Assembly: GCF_004102945.1 (NCBI RefSeq)
Contig: NZ_CP019384.1
Coordinates: forward strand, 1,170,001 to 1,202,000
DNA from: Candidatus Velamenicoccus archaeovorus
GTDB taxonomy: Bacteria; Omnitrophota; Gorgyraeia; Velamenicoccales; Velamenicoccaceae
DNA length: 32,000 bases
Direction: 5' to 3'
Below, one piece after another: positions 26,240 through 32,000 of the stretch. The notes under the pieces are model-generated. The model made no database searches and was not told the origin of the DNA. It saw only the letters and a program-made list of their open reading frames with translations. Position 1 is the stretch's first letter. Every line of letters begins with the position of its first letter. The position numbers were made by a program, and so were the translations under genes.

Positions 26240-26794
26240 TTAGGACCGTTCGTTTGTGTTAACTTCCGATTTCTCGGAAGACCGGACTATATCATCGGAC
26301 GATAACTTCTGATCGTCTGTCTGGCGTATAGTCTCTGAGGATTCCTGATATTTCACCAGTATTTCAGCTTCGCTATACTTGCGCTTGCCACCGTCGTTCA
26401 TTTCTCTTCTGATCTCAAGAATCTTTCGAATACCGCTACTCTTAAGATGTTCCCCCTTCTTTATCATTTCTGCCAGTTCGCAGAATTTCGCAAAATCCCG
26501 TTTTTTCTTTGCAGAAAGAAAACGGAATCGCTTAAAGAAAGGAATCACATCCTCACAGATTGCCCTAAAGTTATTCACTTCAAAATACCAAACACCATCG
26601 GGGCGGCTTCGTAACGTTCCGCAACCTAAATGATGCTTGAACAATGCAAGGATAACTTTGTCTTTCTGGGAGATGTTGAAACAAAGAGAAACTTTCCACG
26701 GTGACTTGTAGTCTTGCCGTTGTCTGAAGGATATATTAAAACTTCCTTCTCCGTCGGCAAAACCCGCCAAGTAGTAGCCGATTTCTGGTTTCAT
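26240..26794 (-). CDS. LAGLIDADG homing endonuclease (single-motif, I-CreI/I-CeuI-like), intron-encoded
   Basis: MKPEIGYYLAGFADGEGSFNISF... SD GAAGGAGG. The ORF runs to the 3' splice site and ends at a TAA formed by exon sequence (last 11 nt, 26250-26240, are exon). Confidence 0.88.
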   Translation of the reverse strand: MKPEIGYYLAGFADGEGSFNISFRQRQDYKSPWKVSLCFNISQKDKVILALFKHHLGCGTLRSRPDGVWYFEVNNFRAICEDVIPFFKRFRFLSAKKKRDFAKFCELAEMIKKGEHLKSSGIRKILEIRREMNDGGKRKYSEAEILVKYQESSETIRQTDDQKLSSDDIVRSSEKSEVNTNERS

Positions 26795-26958
26795 AAAGAC
26801 CTCCTTCTTCAGGTCTTTCCTGCTGATTGTCCCTATTCAACAGATTGTCACATTTCACCTTGAAGATGAAAGTACTGTTGACTTAACGGGATTTTCCAGC
26901 ATATAGCCAGATTTTACAACTACTGTGTGTCCCGGAACTTCACGGGATGGTCCAAACA
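26251..26958 (-). mobile_element. Group I intron inserted after the nucleotide homologous to E. coli 23S U1917 (helix 69 loop)
   Basis: - Exon junction is GGCCGUAACUAU|AACGGUCCUAAGG.
- The 5' exon ends in U, and the intron GUAGUU can pair with AACUAU, giving a U-G pair at the splice site.
- The intron ends in G.
- P6-like: GUCAACAG...CUGUUGA.
- P7-P8-P7'-like: AGAGACUAUAC...GAUAUAGUCCGG, close to the Tetrahymena ACAGACUAAAU...AGAUAUAGUCGGAC.
- P9-like: CUUCCGA-GAAA-UCGGAAG. Confidence 0.85.
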
Positions 26959-29119
26959 ATAGTTACGGCCGCCGTTCACTGGGGCTTCGGTTCGAAGCTT
27001 CTCCCCTTGCGGGGATAACCTCTCTCCTTAACCTTCCAGCACCGGGCAGGTGTCACACCCTATACGTCCTCTTTCGAGTTTGCAGAGTGCTTGGTTTTTG
27101 CTAAACAGTCACCCGAGCCACTTCATTGAAACCCTGCCATGCTTCATCCGTAAAGGACTACACATCGCAAGGCACCCCTTATTGCTAACTTACGGGGCTA
27201 GATTGCCGAGTTCCTTAACGAGGGTTCTCTCGAGGGCCTTACCATATTTTGGAGGTCTACCTGTGTCGGATTGCGGTACGATTGGCCAAGAACTCCCTTG
27301 ATGAATTTTCTCGGCAGCGTGGTTTAAGATCACTTCGGCCTTTCCGTAGATCGGCCTCGCATTCGCCTCTCATCCTGCCCTTGCGGACAGGACTACGAGC
27401 TTAGACGGACACATCCAACAGTCCGCTGACCCCAACCTCCTGCGTCAACATCAAGGTGATAACGCCCTTGACCAGTTCCGGAATATTAACCGGATTTCCA
27501 TCGCCTACGCGTTCAACAGCCTCGGCTTAGGATCGACTCACCCTGGGCGGATTAACCTTCCCCAGGAAACCTTAGACTTTCGGCCTCACGGTTTCTCGCC
27601 GTGATTTTCGCTACTCATACCGACATAATCACTACTGCTTCGTCCAGTGGTCCTCTCGATCCACCTTCAACCTACAACAGTACGCTCCTCTACCAAACGT
27701 TCCGGCACGCAGGCCGAAACATTTCCGCAGTTTCGGTAATAGGCTTGAGCCCCGATTATCTTGGGCGCAGGGCAACTCGACCAGTGAGCTGTTACGCACT
27801 CTTTAAATGATGGCTGCCTCTGAGCCAACATCCTGGTTGTCCGTGTTGTCCCACATCCTTTACCACTTAGCCTATCCTTTGGGACCTTAACTGGCGGTCT
27901 GGGCTGTCTCCCTTTTGACAATGCAGCTTAGCCCGCACTGTCTGTCTCCTGAGATAAGAAACGATGATATTCGGAGTTTGGTTGGGTTTGGCAACCTGGT
28001 GGGGTCCCTAGCCCATTCAGCACTCTACCCTCATCGCTCATTGACTCAAGGCCGTCCCTAAAGACGTTTCGAGGAGAACCAGCTATTACTGAGTTTGATT
28101 AGCCTTTCACTCCGACCCACAGCTCATCCCGGACTTTTTCAACAGTCATGGGTTCGTACCTCCATCTGCCTTTCGGCAGACTTCGCACTGGCCATGGGTA
28201 GATCACTCAGCTTCGGGTCTATACCAGCAAACTTGTCGCCCTATTCGGACTCGGTTTCCCTGCGCCTCCTCCCCTTAGAAAGGATTAAGCTTGCTTACTA
28301 GTATAACTCGCCGGTTCATTATGCAAAAGGCACGCCGTAACCCGTTCTCTCGCTTGCGCAAGAGCATAGGGCTCCGACCGCTTGTAAGCCTATGAATTCA
28401 GGTTCTATTTCACTCCCCTCCCGGGGTTCTTTTCAACTTTCCCTCACGGTACTTGTCCACTATCGGTCCAGTTCTAGTATTTAGCCTTACCCTGTGGTCA
28501 GGGCGGATTCCTACGGGATTCCACGTGCCCCGTAGTACTTGGGATACCATCCCAGAGAGATCCTTGCTTTTCGCATACGGGGCTTTCACCCTCTTTGGCA
28601 GACCATTCCAGGTCTTTCTGCTAAACAAGAATTTTGTAACTCTCCGACGGACCTGCATGTCCGTCCGGATAGTCCCACAACTTCCCGATGACAACGCATG
28701 CAGACTATTGCGTCACCGGGATTTAGGCTTTTCCCGCTTCGCTCGCCGCTACTAAGGGAATACCATGCGGTTTCTTTTCCTCGGGGTACTGAGATGTTTC
28801 ACTTCCCCCGGTTTGGCTCATCCTCCGCTATTTGATTTACGGAGATGTTTCCTGACATGACTCAGGAAGGGTTGCCCCATTCGGAAACCCTGGGATCAAA
28901 GCCTGTTTGCGACTCCCCCAGGAGTATCGCCGCTTACCACGTCCTTCTTCGCCTGAACTGACCAAGTCATTCCTCATAGGCTCTTTGTAGCTTGACCACA
29001 TTAATGGTCTTCGCCGGGCCTTAACGGCCCGGCAGTATGAGAGAATTTCTCGACGTTGCGTCCCGAACGGCGCCAGAGGCGCTCTTCGGGATGCACTTTT
29101 CGAAAAAAACCGATAAGAA

Positions 29120-29131
29120 TTGTCAAAGAAC
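29120..29131 (-). promoter_or_regulatory. boxA-like antitermination element in the tRNA-23S spacer
   Basis: Minus strand reads GTTCTTTGACAA, preceded by the hairpin ATCGCCGC-atatgttc-GCGGCGAT. Resembles the widespread rrn boxA GUUCUUUGAAAA. Confidence 0.6.
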
Positions 29132-29286
29132 AGAATCGCCGCGAACATATGCGGCGATAAAAATTAAATGATGGTCCTTGCGCTAGCCTTCTTAGTTTAA
29201 CGATTCGGTGGCTGCTAAGTTTCCATCAAAAAATCAAATTATCAAAAAGAACACTGCCGACCCATCTTTACTCTGTCACAAAAAAA

Positions 29287-29362
29287 TGGTGGAGCAGAGG
29301 AGAATCGAACTCCCGACCTCATGCTTGCAAAGCACGCGCTCTCCCAACTGAGCTACTGCCCC
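29287..29362 (-). tRNA. tRNA-Ala (anticodon UGC), CCA encoded
   Basis: GGGGCAGUAGCUCAGUUGGGAGAGCGCGUGCUUUGCAAGCAUGAGGUCGGGAGUUCGAUUCUCCUCUGCUCCACCA. G3:U70 identity pair present. Cloverleaf folds by hand. Confidence 0.97.
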
Positions 29363-29387
29363 GAAACTCTTGCGGAGCAAATTTCAG

Positions 29388-29460
29388 TGGGCCCAAGAGG
29401 ACTTGAACCTCTCACCCCCGCGTTATCAGCACGGTGCTCTACCAGCTGAGCTATGGGCCC
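29388..29460 (-). tRNA. tRNA-Ile (anticodon GAU)
   Basis: GGGCCCAUAGCUCAGCUGGUAGAGCACCGUGCUGAUAACGCGGGGGUGAGAGGUUCAAGUCCUCUUGGGCCCA. Cloverleaf folds by hand. CCA not encoded. Confidence 0.97.
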
Positions 29461-29771
29461 AAAAACATCACAAGTCACAGACGTTATGTCCAAGACCCAT
29501 AGGATCCGTTTCCCTCTCATCCACACAGATGTTTACGTCGCGAGATGAGGGTAGCGAGGAATGAAGCTTTCACTTCCCTTCTCTCTACCTGCACGCCTTT
29601 CTTAGCGCATCAATTCGCCGGGCGGCATCTCGCTACGTATATCGTCTGTGTCTCAAATTTATAAATAGCCAAGTTCGGAGCGTTAAGTCGGTTGACTAGC
29701 TCGTGACTTAACCTTTGTGATGCTCTCCGACATGACGTCGGAGGTTCTCTCTATTTTGTCGTGAGAAAAAA

Positions 29772-31365
<1,594 letters not shown>

Positions 31366-31410
31366 AAAAAACGGTTGTTGACTTTTTACGGTCAACGACT
31401 TCTTGGCTAT

Positions 31411-31422
31411 TTATCAAAGAAC
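31411..31422 (-). promoter_or_regulatory. boxA-like antitermination element in the 16S leader, preceded by a boxB-like hairpin
   Basis: Minus strand reads UAUCGC-GCAA-GCGAUA (hairpin), then auucGUUCUUUGAUAA, about 45 nt upstream of mature 16S. Confidence 0.6.
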
Positions 31423-31500
31423 GAATATCGCTTGCGCGATAAGATATCTATTTTTCTCTATCAAACATCCGCCATCAAATCTTCGGCGGATTATTGTCTT

Positions 31501-31610
31501 CGCGCCTTCTGCGTCATACCCTGCGCTTATTGGCACCTGGTCCTTATAAGGAATTGGACCAGTGTTCGCCTTTCTGGCGAAGTATTGCGCGGGTGTTGCG
31601 CCTTCTGCGC
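31501..31610. ncRNA. Unclassified structured element, copy 2 (core 31520-31593), flanked by 12-nt direct repeats GCGCCTTCTGCG; strand unresolved
   Basis: See copy 1. P1 is CCTGCGC/GCGCGGG (U-G wobble only if read on the plus strand). P2 is CTGGTCC/GGACCAG. P3 is TTCGCC/GGCGAA. Direct repeats lie at 31502-31513 and 31598-31609. Confidence 0.55.
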
Positions 31611-31642
31611 AAATAAAAAAGGCATCGAGATGATGCCTTTTT
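31611..31642. terminator. Bidirectional intrinsic terminator between the upstream promoters and the 16S leader
   Basis: Reads AAATAAAAAA-GGCATC-gagat-GATGCC-TTTTT. A/T tracts on both sides extend the stem and give a U-tract in either orientation. Confidence 0.7.
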
Positions 31643-31787
31643 CGAAAAATCCAGCATCTCGACAAACAGAACTTTTGGTTATGTTCCCCTGCGCGGGGCC
31701 CTTCTGTCGGTCTTCAAATCTCTTGTCACCTTGGCGGCTTGCGCCAATCTGTAAAAGAATATTTCGCACCCTAAGGTGTAGCTGTAA

Positions 31788-31816
31788 GTTATATCAGAAC
31801 ACCCATAAAGTGTCAA
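31788..31816 (-). promoter_or_regulatory. Strong sigma70-type promoter with AT-rich UP-like element (TTGACA-N17-TATAAC), about 420 nt upstream of 16S
   Basis: Minus strand reads catttaaaatttttaaaataatccTTGACActttatgggtgttctgaTATAACttacagc. Confidence 0.6.
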
Positions 31817-31841
31817 GGATTATTTTAAAAATTTTAAATGA

Positions 31842-31886
31842 GCACATAACTTATGTAATTCAAAGAATTACATAAGTTATGGGTGC
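31842..31886. promoter_or_regulatory. Large palindrome CATAACTTATGTAATTC-AAA-GAATTACATAAGTTATG between the two candidate promoters
   Basis: 17-bp perfect inverted repeat (31845-31861 / 31865-31881) with a 3-nt spacer. Extended by GCA/TGC across a 2-nt bulge. Confidence 0.6.
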
Positions 31887-31906
31887 GAATTTATCCTTGA
31901 GACTTT

Positions 31907-31935
31907 CTCATAAATCACAACAAGGTAGGTGTCAA
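31907..31935 (-). promoter_or_regulatory. Weaker second promoter candidate (TTGACA-N17-TATGAG), about 119 bp upstream of the first
   Basis: Shares the 11-nt block ATCCTTGACAC with the downstream promoter (plus-strand GTGTCAAGGAT at 31810-31820 and 31929-31939). The -10 box is poor. Confidence 0.3.
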
Positions 31936-31951
31936 GGATCTAATTCACGCC

Positions 31952-31983
31952 GTGACTTATGTTCATTGCATTCCATAAGTCAC
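31952..31983. promoter_or_regulatory. Palindrome GTGACTTATG-N12-CATAAGTCAC upstream of the distal promoter candidate
   Basis: 10-bp perfect inverted repeat (31952-31961 / 31974-31983). Member of the ACTTATG family. Confidence 0.5.
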
Positions 31984-32000
31984 ACGTTCATTAAAGAACG

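Noticed and set aside
29115-29135. TTGACA within the tRNA-23S spacer as an internal 23S promoter.
   Set aside because: No -10-like hexamer lies 16-18 nt downstream. The TTGACA is part of the boxA-like GTTCTTTGACAA element.
31375-31875. 166-aa plus-strand ORF covering the 16S leader, the repeat element, the terminator and the promoter region.
   Set aside because: It reads straight through a terminator hairpin, palindromes and AT-rich promoter DNA. It has no SD and its sequence is not protein-like. The region is better explained as regulatory or RNA.

Overview
This 32-kb window is bacterial chromosome, moderately GC-rich, with 16S anti-SD CCUCC. Several canonical TTGACA-N17-TATAAT-like promoters are readable by eye. 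Every feature I can support lies on the minus strand.

Gene order along the minus strand, from high to low coordinates:
- A complete rrn operon: 16S, tRNA-Ile(GAU), tRNA-Ala(UGC), 23S and 5S. The 23S is split by a group I intron in helix 69 that carries a LAGLIDADG homing endonuclease.
- Two type IV pilin-like genes, then recG.
- A roughly 4-kb accessory stretch: about 590 bp with no convincing gene, an AT-rich frame-split ORF, a 36-aa membrane peptide, a PNPOx-like protein, a SAM methyltransferase, two small ORFs and a BNR/sialidase-like lipoprotein.
- rsmD and coaD.
- The yceD-rpmF-plsX-fabH-fabD-fabG-acpP-fabF cluster.
- leuC, leuD and leuB, a secreted hypothetical, asd and truA.
- A large polytopic membrane protein, rplM, rpsI, argC and the start of argJ.

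I see no transposase, integrase, CRISPR array, toxin-antitoxin pair or recognisable defence genes. The only clear mobile element is the rRNA intron. The signals I cannot explain with standard annotation are non-coding:
1. A 74-nt three-way-junction element occurs twice (downstream of rpsI and upstream of 16S). Its substitutions are compensatory.
2. A strong UP-element promoter about 420 nt upstream of 16S is followed by an intrinsic terminator with a possible antiterminator.
3. A family of AACTTAYG/CRTAAGTT palindromes sits at ribosome-related promoters.
4. Several short motifs are shared between unrelated 5' regions.

No protein-based novel system is evident to me. Taxonomy cannot be assigned without a database search.
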